A stretch of 64,000 nucleotides of DNA. It comes from an uncultured Planctomycetota bacterium (lineage in GTDB: Bacteria; Planctomycetota; Phycisphaerae; Tepidisphaerales; Tepidisphaeraceae). The DNA is taken from contig CAWJEN010000005.1 of the NCBI GenBank assembly GCA_963841915.1, positions 640,001 through 704,000 of the forward strand, in the 5' to 3' direction. Positions 21,465-30,682 of the stretch are shown here, in pieces. A program made the translations under genes and the position numbers. The notes under the pieces were generated by a model. It saw only the letters and a program-made list of their open reading frames with translations, ran no database searches and was not told the origin of the DNA. How positions within the stretch are numbered: position 1 is the stretch's first letter; every line of letters starts with the position of its first letter.

Positions 21465-22714
21465 GACGCTGCCCGATCATCACCGACGTCCGCACCATCG
21501 TCTGCCGCCCGACGTCGGAGAACCTGGTCATCGTCCGCGTCGACACCGACGAGCCCGGCCTCTTTGGCCTCGGTGACGCGACGTTCACGCAGCGATACAC
21601 GGCTGTGGTTCGCGTCGTTGAGGACTACCTCAAACCGCTGTTGCTCGGTCGCGACGCGTCGCAGATCACCGAGCTGTGGCGGCTGATGCACCACAACGGC
21701 TACTGGCGAGGCGGGCCGATTCTCAACAATGCCATCAGCGGCGTCGACATGGCTTTGTGGGATCTCAAGGCAAAACAGGCCGATCTGCCCGTCTATCAGC
21801 TCGTCGGTGGCGCATGTAGACCGGCGGCGGCTGTCTATCGCCACACCTCCGGGCCAGATATCGACACGCTGCTCGCTGCCATCAAACGCGTTGTCGATGA
21901 AGGCGTTGGTTGCGTGCGGGTGCAGCTCACGTCTAGGGAAGACCCCAGCGTGCCGGGCGTGCTTGCCGCAGCGCAAGCGGGATATGGCGGCAGCGGGTTT
22001 GCGGGCAAGCGTCCCGACGGCAGCCACGACGGTATCTACCTTGATCCAGACGCTTATATCTGCGAAATCGACGACGCCATCGGCGAGGTGCGTAAAGGCT
22101 TCGGGCCAAGCCTGAGATTGGTGCACGACGTGCACTCGCGACTGCTGCCCGGCGACGCGCTGCGACTGGCCCGCCGCCTCGAGAAGCACGACCTGTTCTT
22201 TCTCGAAGACCCGTTGCCACCGGAGCAATTGCATTGGCTGCCGCGTCTTCGTCAGGCGACGTCTGTGCCGCTGGCGATCGGTGAGTTGTTCACGTCACCC
22301 GATCAATGGCGAGGGCCGGTCGAGCGACACGAGCTTGATTTCATTCGCATGCACGTCAGCGCGATCGGCGGGTTCACGCCCGCACTCGACGCCGCCCGCC
22401 ACGCCGCCGCTCACGACGTGCGAACTGCGTGGCACAATCCCAAAGACATCGCACCGATCGGCGTCGCCTGTAACCTGCACCTCGATGTGGCCTCATCCAA
22501 CTTCGGCATCCAGGAGTACGCCGGCTGGAGCGAGCCCGAACGTGACATCTTCGGCGGCCTGCCCGAATGCAGAGACGGCTACCTCTACCCGACCGACGAG
22601 CCCGGCTGGGGCATCACGATGGACGAAGAGGCCGCCACCCGGTATCCGCCCAAGGCCGACCTCATTGAATGGACACAGACGCGGGCACCCGACGGCTCGC
22701 TCATCCGCCCGTGA
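21461..22714 (+). CDS. Enolase-superfamily acid-sugar dehydratase (RspA/ManD mannonate-dehydratase-like)
   Basis: GLGDATF, YWRGGP, GVDMALWDLK, HDVHSR, LEDP, GELF, TAWH. Confidence 0.85.
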   Translation: MRRCPIITDVRTIVCRPTSENLVIVRVDTDEPGLFGLGDATFTQRYTAVVRVVEDYLKPLLLGRDASQITELWRLMHHNGYWRGGPILNNAISGVDMALWDLKAKQADLPVYQLVGGACRPAAAVYRHTSGPDIDTLLAAIKRVVDEGVGCVRVQLTSREDPSVPGVLAAAQAGYGGSGFAGKRPDGSHDGIYLDPDAYICEIDDAIGEVRKGFGPSLRLVHDVHSRLLPGDALRLARRLEKHDLFFLEDPLPPEQLHWLPRLRQATSVPLAIGELFTSPDQWRGPVERHELDFIRMHVSAIGGFTPALDAARHAAAHDVRTAWHNPKDIAPIGVACNLHLDVASSNFGIQEYAGWSEPERDIFGGLPECRDGYLYPTDEPGWGITMDEEAATRYPPKADLIEWTQTRAPDGSLIRP

Positions 22715-22893
22715 CGACTGAGGCGGGGTGCAGTGCGTGGTAGGCGACGAGTAGCGGGTAGAGCTTGTTCTCGTTGACGCATCAGTAGAACGCGTCACCC
22801 GCTGGCGAACATGACGCCTTTGGTTAAGCTGCGGCGGCAGGAGGCCGCGACGCTGCGGCCATCCGCTTTCGATTCTAAAACCCGCCGCTCTGC

Positions 22894-24309
22894 ATGATGT
22901 CGCGACGCCCAAACGTGCTGCTGCTCTACACCGACCAGCAGCGGTTCGACGCCATCGGCTGCGCCGGCAACACGCAGATCAAAACCCCCAACCTCGACCG
23001 GCTTGCCGCGTCGGGCGTGCGATTCGACAAGCATTTCGTGCAGAACCCGCTGTGCATGCCGTCGCGCGTCAGCATGCTCAGCGGGCAATACCCGACGAAC
23101 GTCGGCATCACCGAGATGGGCCGGCCGGTACCGCAAGAGACGCTTTGCGTGCAACACCTGCTGCAGGCGAGCGGCTACAGAACGGCCAACATCGGCAAGC
23201 TGCACTTTCTGCCGCACAGCAATCGTGACCACCGTGACCCGCACCCGGCGTACGGCTTTGACCACCTCGAGCTCAGCGAAGAGCCCGGGTGCTACGACGA
23301 CGCCTACCGCGCCCACGTCCGCCGCGTGTGCCCCGAAGCCCTGCCGATCATCGGCCGATACGTCGATCCACCGGCGGCAAAACTCTGGCGGGAGGCGACC
23401 GGACGCAGCGACGACATCGAGCGGCCGACAAACCTCAATGGCGACGTCACGCAAGTCTTTGATGGTCCCGAAGAGGCAACGCACGCCGCCTTCGTCGGCA
23501 CGCAAACAATGAGCTTTCTCGACGGCATCGGTGACGCGTCGTTCTTCTGCATCAGCGGTTTCTACAGCCCACACTCGCCGCTGTTTGCGCCGCAGCGTTA
23601 CCTCGATTTGTACGACCCGGCCGACCTGCATCCGCCCGAGGTGCCCGAAGCCACCCGCAACCTGCAGCTCGAACGCGGGTACGACGACGCCTTCCTGCGG
23701 CAGGCGCGGCGCGGCTACTTTGCAATGATCAGCGAGGTCGACCACTGGGTCGGCCGCATCCTCGACAAGCTCGACGAGACCGGCCAGCGCGACAACACGT
23801 TGATCGTCTTCACCTCGGACCACGGCGAGTTTCTCGGTGATTTCGCGCGCTTTGCAAAAGGCTATCCGGCCCCAGAGTGCATCGGCCGTGTGCCGCTGAT
23901 CGTGGCCGGGCCCGGAGTCATCGCGGGGCGTGTGGAGCGGGCGCTAGTCGAGGCGGTCGATGTCGTGCCGACCATTCTCGAGCTGTGCGGCGTCCCGGTG
24001 CCGGAGCGGATGAATGGCACGCCGCTGACGCCTGCACTTCGCGGCGAACCCTTCGACGGCAAGACGGGCGTGCTCATGGAAGACAGCGCCGCCGGCCAAT
24101 CGTGGCGGGCTTGGCGGACGAGCGACCGCCGATATCTCCTGCATGCCGACGGCCGCGAGATGCTCTTGGACCTGACCCAACCGTTCGGCGAATACGACGA
24201 TGTCGCAAGCGACCCCAACTACGCGAGCGACCTGGCGACACTGCGGCACGAGCTGGCGACAAAAATGATCGACGCCCACCGCCCGCTGCGGAAAACCTGG
24301 GCTTACTGA
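22894..24309 (+). CDS. Formylglycine-dependent sulfatase (no signal peptide seen)
   Basis: RPNVLLLYTDQQR, CMPSR, GKLH, FTSDHG. Confidence 0.92.
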   Translation: MMSRRPNVLLLYTDQQRFDAIGCAGNTQIKTPNLDRLAASGVRFDKHFVQNPLCMPSRVSMLSGQYPTNVGITEMGRPVPQETLCVQHLLQASGYRTANIGKLHFLPHSNRDHRDPHPAYGFDHLELSEEPGCYDDAYRAHVRRVCPEALPIIGRYVDPPAAKLWREATGRSDDIERPTNLNGDVTQVFDGPEEATHAAFVGTQTMSFLDGIGDASFFCISGFYSPHSPLFAPQRYLDLYDPADLHPPEVPEATRNLQLERGYDDAFLRQARRGYFAMISEVDHWVGRILDKLDETGQRDNTLIVFTSDHGEFLGDFARFAKGYPAPECIGRVPLIVAGPGVIAGRVERALVEAVDVVPTILELCGVPVPERMNGTPLTPALRGEPFDGKTGVLMEDSAAGQSWRAWRTSDRRYLLHADGREMLLDLTQPFGEYDDVASDPNYASDLATLRHELATKMIDAHRPLRKTWAY

Positions 24310-25649
24310 TCCATCTGCCGCAACCGGTCGGCCACATTCAGCAAAGCGCGACTCGTGTGGTACGACGTCTTCCAGGCGTTGGCTTTACTACGGGGCAGCG
24401 GTTGCATCTCCTCGTCGAGACCCCAGATCCAGCCGTTGCCACCGGCGGCGTCGTCCAACATGTGCTCGCAGATGAACCCCCACTGCGCGACGAACGCCTC
24501 GATGTAGGGCGACGGGTCGCCCCCTTCGCTTGCGACGTGGTCTGCCATCATGAGCAGAGCGTTGAGCGACTCGGCCTGTACCCACCAGAACTTCGTCGCG
24601 TCCCGCACCTGGAAGATAGAGCCGGCGTCCGACAGGCCGCCGTGCGTTTCATCCCAGCCCGTCGCGATCGACACATCGACGAGCGCCCGCGCCTTCTCCC
24701 ACAATTCCGGTTCGTCGCCGCGATGAAGCGACTCGGCCGCCTCGACGAGCAGGTAAGCCGTTTCGATGTTGTGCCCATAACTCGTCCAGTCGGCGACCGG
24801 CGTGTAGTCAGCGTGCGTCCAAAGATGCAGCAGGCCCGGCTCGTCGTAAAAGCGCTCGCTGATGATCGCGTACAGCTCCGACAGCCGACGCTCCAGCAGC
24901 GCACTCGGTGCGACCTCGTACAACGCGGCCAACGCTTCGAGCAGGTGGATGTGGGCGTTCATGCTCTTGTACCCGTACGGCGGCATGAGCGGGCCCTGAC
25001 CATTGACCGATGCGTCGGGGTCATCGGCCGACACAATGGCGTGACCATCGGCGGCGTAGTGCTCGGCGTAGCCACCGTTGGCCTCGTCGTGACCGTGCTC
25101 GTCAACCCAGTACAACAGAGATTCGCCGAGCTCTTTGCCGCCTTCGCCGGGCAGTGCCTTCTCGAAGGCCGCGGCGGCGTAGATGGCAAAGGCGGTGTTG
25201 TACAGATGCCGTTCGCCGTCGTGCATCGGCTTACCGTCGAGGCCGATGCCCCAATAAACGCCGCCATGGTCGGCGTTGACCATGACATCGCGTAGGTACG
25301 CAAAGCCATGCCGGGCGATCGGCTCGAACTCGCCGCGTAGCTGGGGTCGACGGTCGGCAATGGTCGCGGCGACCCACGTCATCCGCGCCTGGAAGATGCA
25401 GGTGCGGGCCGTGTCGATCGGCTCACCGTTTTCGTCAAATTCTTCGAAGAATCCACCGTCTGGGTCGACGACGCGTGGGAACCACCACCGCAGATCGTGC
25501 GTCTGCCACGCCGCCTCGACCTCGTCGGCGAGCGATGCCGGCGTCAGTCCCTCGGCCTCGAGCGCTTCAGCGACGGACGGATTCGCCGCCACTTCGGTCG
25601 CGACGACGAACAGGCACAACGCGACGAGCAGGTGACGGAGTGTGCTCAT
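24303..25649 (-). CDS. AGE-family epimerase, cellobiose 2-epimerase-like, with signal peptide
   Basis: FQARMTW, SMNAHIHLLEA, SYGHNIE, WWVQAE, WKTSYHTSR; N-term MSTLRHLLVALCLFVVATEVAA. Confidence 0.88.
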   Translation of the reverse strand: MSTLRHLLVALCLFVVATEVAANPSVAEALEAEGLTPASLADEVEAAWQTHDLRWWFPRVVDPDGGFFEEFDENGEPIDTARTCIFQARMTWVAATIADRRPQLRGEFEPIARHGFAYLRDVMVNADHGGVYWGIGLDGKPMHDGERHLYNTAFAIYAAAAFEKALPGEGGKELGESLLYWVDEHGHDEANGGYAEHYAADGHAIVSADDPDASVNGQGPLMPPYGYKSMNAHIHLLEALAALYEVAPSALLERRLSELYAIISERFYDEPGLLHLWTHADYTPVADWTSYGHNIETAYLLVEAAESLHRGDEPELWEKARALVDVSIATGWDETHGGLSDAGSIFQVRDATKFWWVQAESLNALLMMADHVASEGGDPSPYIEAFVAQWGFICEHMLDDAAGGNGWIWGLDEEMQPLPRSKANAWKTSYHTSRALLNVADRLRQMDQ

Positions 25650-27823
25650 GGCGTGCTCTCAACAGGCGTGATGCGGATGGCGATGTCGCGGCTGAAGGCG
25701 GGCACGTCAAGCAGTAGCTCAGCGCCTTCGGCCTTGACATCCTGCGAGGTGTGGCTGCCGGAACGTGTGTCCCACCACGTCACGCGGTAGGGCACGTGCC
25801 CCGAAGCGATCGGCACGATCAGGCGTACGTCGTCCAATTCGCGATGCACTTCCGCCCTTGCGTCGGTGAGATGGTTCGACGTCCGATCGAGCAACCAGAG
25901 CACCGTGTCGCCCGTCGCCTCGTCACGGAGGGCGTAGGTCGACAGGTCGGCCCGTCGTTGCTCGACGGCGTTGGTGAAGATGAGGCTCGTCAGCTTCGCC
26001 CAGTCGCCGCCGACGGTGTCGAGCGTAATTACATGCTGCCCGGCCGGCAGGTCGAAGGTTGCGGCGACGTCGATGTCGCTCTGGTACATGCCCTCGTCGC
26101 TGAGCTTGGCGTTGCTGACGCCCGGCCCGCCCGGCAGGCCGCTGAGCATGATGTCCGAGACCGGCTCGTCATCGACAAGCAGCCGCACGACGGCAAAGTC
26201 GGAAACGCCGTTGAAGCGGGCGATCACTTGCCCCGCACGCGGCAGATTGATGTCGAAGGACAGCGGGGCGTGCAGTTCCTCGTTCTCCGCACCGATGAGG
26301 TAGCGCGGCACGGCAGACGAAGCCGTGCCGTTGGGCAACAGCCGGATCGGCGTCGGGTCCATCGCTGACCAGTTGCGGACGGCTGCGACCTCGGCGTCGC
26401 CAAGTCGGCTTGCATCAATGTCGGCCTGATACGCGTCGAGCACATCGATCGGCCGATAGTCGCGACCGGCCCAGTCGATCGTCGCCGCAAAGGTCGACAG
26501 CGACGCGTAGGTGTCCCACAGGTCGAGCGTGTTGATGTAGTCTTCCCACCACCAGTTGAACGCGCTACCGGCAGACCCGCTGATGGCGGCGGCCCAGGCG
26601 GCGTTGTGGAGCGGCGTGCCGATGCCGGTCGGATCGTAGTTGACGTCGCTCGATCGGCCGTTGAGCCCGATCTCGCTGATGAGGTGCGGCTTGTCGTATT
26701 GGGCGTGGTTTTGGACAGCGTCGACGATCGCGTCGGCCATCTGCGGCTGCGAACCGCCGCCGTACAGGTGGGCCTGCGTGAAACTCATCGTCTCCTGCGC
26801 GTTCACCGCGGCGGGCACCTTGGCACTGGTCGAGATGAGGTGGTCGTACGGATCGATGTCAGCCAAATAGCCCATCATCTCGTTGTTCCAGTCTTCGAGC
26901 CCGCCGACCTTGGCGAACTCCTGCTCGTTGATGAGCTCCCAGCAGGCGACGGACGTGAACGCGCCGTACCGGGCGACGAGATACCGCAGGCGTGCCTTGA
27001 AAAGCCGGCGGGCTTCGTTGTTCGTGAAGAAGTCGGCCGACGTTTTGGCAGGGCCGCCGTTGGCAGAGTTGTACGGGTGAGGCGGCCAATTGGCCGGTCC
27101 CCACGCGTCGCGATCGACGAACTCGCGGTAGTTCATCAGGCATAGGAACACGCCGATACCTTGCGTCTGAGCGTCGTCGAGGATGCCGTCGAACGCGCGG
27201 GCGGTTTCAAGGTCGTAGCGACCTGCGACCTCGGGCTCGATCATCATCTTCCGGTTGCCCATCCACAGCCGGGCCGCGTTGCCACCGCCTCCTGCAAGTT
27301 TGGCAAAGTAGTCGCTGTAGACACTGACACGCAGGTGATCCTCCGTCGCAGGCCACGCGATGTTGGCGCCGATAGGGAAGTACGTCGAGCCGTCGTCAAA
27401 GGCAAAGTAGCGACCATTGCCTGCCACGCCGATGAAGCCGCGGCTGTCACCTTCGACGACGTCAAAGTCTACGGCCTCGCCACCCTTCCACGCACCGACC
27501 GATCGGGCGTGCCAACGGGCCGTCCACGTCCCGGCGGCCGGTGGGGCAAAGCGGACGCGGAACTGCGTTGTCGCCTCGTCTGCAACGCCGTCCCAGAACG
27601 CCGGCACCGTCACCGGGTCGGCCTTTGCCTTGGTGAAAGTGACGTCGACGGCAATGACTGCCGGGTCGAACGGGTTGTCGAACGAGCCGGGCAAATCCAG
27701 CGTCCACTCGGCCGCCTCATGCGTGCGCACCGGCTCCCGATCGGTGCGTTGAAGCGGTGGCGAAGCGACGACGGTGCTGCCAAGAACAAGGCCCGCAGCG
27801 GCGACAAGGTAAAGGTGAAGCAT
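25646..27823 (-). CDS. Secreted DUF5060 + GH5-like TIM-barrel glycoside hydrolase with C-terminal beta-sandwich
   Basis: Signal peptide; NPFDP...VRFAPPAAGTW; GRYFAFDDG...FPIGAN; RYLVARYG...WELINE; ISEIG. Confidence 0.75.
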   Translation of the reverse strand: MLHLYLVAAAGLVLGSTVVASPPLQRTDREPVRTHEAAEWTLDLPGSFDNPFDPAVIAVDVTFTKAKADPVTVPAFWDGVADEATTQFRVRFAPPAAGTWTARWHARSVGAWKGGEAVDFDVVEGDSRGFIGVAGNGRYFAFDDGSTYFPIGANIAWPATEDHLRVSVYSDYFAKLAGGGGNAARLWMGNRKMMIEPEVAGRYDLETARAFDGILDDAQTQGIGVFLCLMNYREFVDRDAWGPANWPPHPYNSANGGPAKTSADFFTNNEARRLFKARLRYLVARYGAFTSVACWELINEQEFAKVGGLEDWNNEMMGYLADIDPYDHLISTSAKVPAAVNAQETMSFTQAHLYGGGSQPQMADAIVDAVQNHAQYDKPHLISEIGLNGRSSDVNYDPTGIGTPLHNAAWAAAISGSAGSAFNWWWEDYINTLDLWDTYASLSTFAATIDWAGRDYRPIDVLDAYQADIDASRLGDAEVAAVRNWSAMDPTPIRLLPNGTASSAVPRYLIGAENEELHAPLSFDINLPRAGQVIARFNGVSDFAVVRLLVDDEPVSDIMLSGLPGGPGVSNAKLSDEGMYQSDIDVAATFDLPAGQHVITLDTVGGDWAKLTSLIFTNAVEQRRADLSTYALRDEATGDTVLWLLDRTSNHLTDARAEVHRELDDVRLIVPIASGHVPYRVTWWDTRSGSHTSQDVKAEGAELLLDVPAFSRDIAIRITPVESTP

Positions 27824-27825
27824 GT

Positions 27826-28715
27826 TCACGGCCTCTGAAGATTTTCGCGGGCCTGGGTGTACGTCTGCGACTCGGCATGGCCGTCGGCAAACACGTAGTT
27901 GGCCTTGGCCCGGTTGCCACCGGACGGCACGAGCGGGTCGCAATCCTCGGGCTGACCGCCGTGACGATTGGGCTCACCGCTACGCCAGAAGAAGGTCGAT
28001 GAACCGGCGCTTCTCGCGGAAAGTCGTACTTGTACGGGCCGGGAATGGCTGCGTTGTACTGATAGATGCCCAGCGCGTTATCGACCGAGTCGCCGTTGAG
28101 CACGCGTTTGGTGCTGTTGGGCAGCTGCGTAAGCTTGACCGTACCGACGGCAAAACCGTTGGCGGTGTTGGGGTTGACGCCCGTCGTGTACCAGTCGCGG
28201 ACAGGCGTGGTCGCCTGCGCGACGGCCGACCCGTTGATGGCGGCGACATCGGTCAGGCCGAGCCACATCTTGAAGTTCTGCCCGTAGCCGGGGCGGAACT
28301 CGGCGTAGCCGTTGTCACGCTGGAAGTCGGGGCAGCCCTGGAAAATCTCTTCGTACTCCGCACCGCCCATCTCGATCGGCTCGATCTCACCGCCCATGTA
28401 AGGCGACAGCGCCTGGTACCAGAGAATGACGCGGTTGTTCGACGGGTCGGCGGCGTCGCGGACGTAGGCCTCGACGAAGTCCGAGTTCCTCACGAACGGC
28501 AGGTAGCCGCTGTTGTCGAGGCTGTACGACTGGTACGACGAGCCGATCTGCCTCAGGTTGCTGAGGCATTTGACCGAATTGGCCGAGGATCGGGCGCTGG
28601 AGAGCGTGGGCAAGAGGATCGAGATCAGCAGCGCGATGATGCCGATGACGACGAGCAGTTCGACAAGCGTAAAGCCGGCCGAGCTGCGACAACGATGGGT
28701 GGTGGGGCGGTTCAT
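27826..28715 (-). CDS. Prepilin-type N-terminal / DUF1559 H-X9-DG protein (frameshift near 28005)
   Basis: [23 protein letters not shown]...CLSNLRQIG; the C-terminal RH...ANYVFADGH lies in another frame ending at TGA 27826. Confidence 0.85.
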
Positions 28716-28787
28716 GGGGTCCTCCAAAGGGTGCCAAAGGCGTGGCCGACACCGGCAGGTGCCGGCCACGTGGGTGCGACGTGTTAA

Positions 28788-29399
28788 TCAGCGACGAATC
28801 CGCTTGAGGCCGATCATGCCAAGGCCGAGGATCGACGCAGCGGCCGCCGGCTCGGGGACGACGGTCGGCGTGACAAGCACCTGCGACGCGACACCGCCGC
28901 CTTGGCCCATGCTCGTGAAGAACTGGAAGCCGAGGTTGCGGACGACGCTCTGGTCGAAGGTGTCGGGGTCGGCATCGTCGAGCAGGATCGTCATCGTGCC
29001 GGTCTCACCGACGTTGTCGAGCGTGACGCCGGCGCTCTGCAGGAACGGGTCGAAGTTGCCGTCCTGCGTGAACGCACGGACGAAGAGCGGCCCACCGCTG
29101 ATCAGCTCGACGTCGACCTCGATCGTGTCGAAGCCGCTCAGATCGAGTTCTGCCGGGCCGAAGTTGTTGCGGATGGCGATCTTCGGATCACCGGTGGTGC
29201 CGAGCGTGACGTCGTAGATGACGCCGTCACCGCTGACGGCCGCGCCGCCGAAGGTGCCGGTTCCGCCGAAGCCGGCAGTGACATCGTCCATCTCGAGCAG
29301 CTGGGTCTGGGTCGGCGTGTAGACGTCGGCGCTGACGACGGCCGGTGCGACCAAGGCAGCAGCGGCGACGAGTGAGGCGGTGGCAAGGGTGATTTTCAT
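28788..29399 (-). CDS. PEP-CTERM sorting-domain surface protein
   Basis: GGAGG RBS, signal peptide MKITLATASLVAAAALVAPAVVSA, C-term VPEP-TM-KRIRR. Confidence 0.88.
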   Translation of the reverse strand: MKITLATASLVAAAALVAPAVVSADVYTPTQTQLLEMDDVTAGFGGTGTFGGAAVSGDGVIYDVTLGTTGDPKIAIRNNFGPAELDLSGFDTIEVDVELISGGPLFVRAFTQDGNFDPFLQSAGVTLDNVGETGTMTILLDDADPDTFDQSVVRNLGFQFFTSMGQGGGVASQVLVTPTVVPEPAAAASILGLGMIGLKRIRR

Positions 29400-29456
29400 G
29401 GTTTCCTCCGTAAGTGGTAAAGGTGGTGACGGTCGAACCGTCGGTGCATCGAAGCC

Positions 29457-29472
29457 GCCACAATCGATTTCC
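29457..29472. promoter_or_regulatory. Candidate LacI-family operator
   Basis: gccacaatcgatttcc, pseudo-palindrome with central CG; near-copy at 30608. Confidence 0.5.
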
Positions 29473-29518
29473 ACAACAGGCGGAAAATCGCCCGCCTCCA
29501 TGGCGGGGTGACAACAAA

Positions 29519-30565
29519 TCAGGTTGCCCGTCGCGGAGGCACAACCGTCCCCTGAGCGACAAGGTGAAAGTCCAGAGACACCGTCCGCAGCTGGCGGTCC
29601 GGGGCCTTGACCCGCTCGCGCATCATCGAGACGGCGTAGCGGCCCATTTCGTAATCGGGTTCGACGTACATGTCGACGATCACGCCCGCATCGTTGTACA
29701 GCTCGGGGGCGAAGGTCGTGATCGACAGGTCGGCAGGGCACGTCAGCCCTTCCAGCGACAACGCCTGCAGCAACGGCGGGACGAAGTGCGAGAAGTAGCA
29801 CAACGCAGCAGTCGGCCGGGGTGTGCGGCGGAGCATCGAGCGGAAGAAGGCGACCTTCTCGTCGAGCGGGCACAACGCCGTCTTGGGCCGCCACGTCACC
29901 GGGGCCAGATTCGCCGCATACATCGCAGCCGCGTAGCCGGCCTCGCGGTCACCGGCGCTGAAGTGCGCGTCAGGCAATTCGTCCTGGCCCGCACAGAAGT
30001 CGATGTAGACGATGTCCCGGTGGCCTGCGTCGATCATCCGGTTCGTTGCGGCCCGGGCTGCCCGTAAACTGTCCGTTTTGACGCTGTCGTGCCCAACGTC
30101 GGCGTTGAGCCAGACGAACGGCAGCTTGCTGATGGCCAACACGTCCTCGAGGTGTGGCGGCAGCTGGTGCGTGTAGTTGACGATCAACCCGTCCGACATG
30201 AACTCCCGCAGAATCTTGGGCACGTACTTCTCGCTGGACAGCTTCTGATCGGGCACCTTGGCGATCGTCAGGTGCATGTCGTGCTCTGCCAACTCGTCAT
30301 GGATGCCGTCGAGCATCCGCGTCGACAGGTAGCTACGACCGGCCTGCGTACTCATGAGCAGCGATGCGGCGTTGAAGCAGCCCGCCCGTATGGCCCGGGC
30401 CGAGGCATTGGGCGAATAATTAAGTCGTTGCGCTGCCGCCACGATGCGATCAGTGAGGGCAGCACTAATGCCGATCTCACCGCTCTTGTTACGCAGCGCA
30501 CGGCTGACCGTGCTGCGGTCGACACCCACCTGCTCCGCGACATGATCTAGCGTGACTCTGGACAA
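29519..30565 (-). CDS. LacI-family transcriptional regulator
   Basis: VTLDHVAEQVGVDRSTVSRALR...LNYSPNASARA plus a periplasmic-binding-like domain. Confidence 0.93.
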   Translation of the reverse strand: MSRVTLDHVAEQVGVDRSTVSRALRNKSGEIGISAALTDRIVAAAQRLNYSPNASARAIRAGCFNAASLLMSTQAGRSYLSTRMLDGIHDELAEHDMHLTIAKVPDQKLSSEKYVPKILREFMSDGLIVNYTHQLPPHLEDVLAISKLPFVWLNADVGHDSVKTDSLRAARAATNRMIDAGHRDIVYIDFCAGQDELPDAHFSAGDREAGYAAAMYAANLAPVTWRPKTALCPLDEKVAFFRSMLRRTPRPTAALCYFSHFVPPLLQALSLEGLTCPADLSITTFAPELYNDAGVIVDMYVEPDYEMGRYAVSMMRERVKAPDRQLRTVSLDFHLVAQGTVVPPRRAT

Positions 30566-30607
30566 GTTAGGCTCCGGTTCTCGATCGGTTGAATCGCCTG
30601 TCGACTG

Positions 30608-30623
30608 GCCACAACCGATTGCG
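30608..30623. promoter_or_regulatory. Candidate LacI-family operator
   Basis: gccacaaccgattgcg in the divergent lacI/GH2 intergenic region. Confidence 0.5.
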
Positions 30624-30682
30624 ACTGTACAGTGTGGACGGCAGACGTCAACTCCGTCCTCACAATTCTTCGCCGTAGCTCA

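Noticed and set aside
22715..22893. Coding-like fragment on the minus strand (DAFY*CVNENKLYPLLVAYH)
   Set aside because: Too short and interrupted to assign
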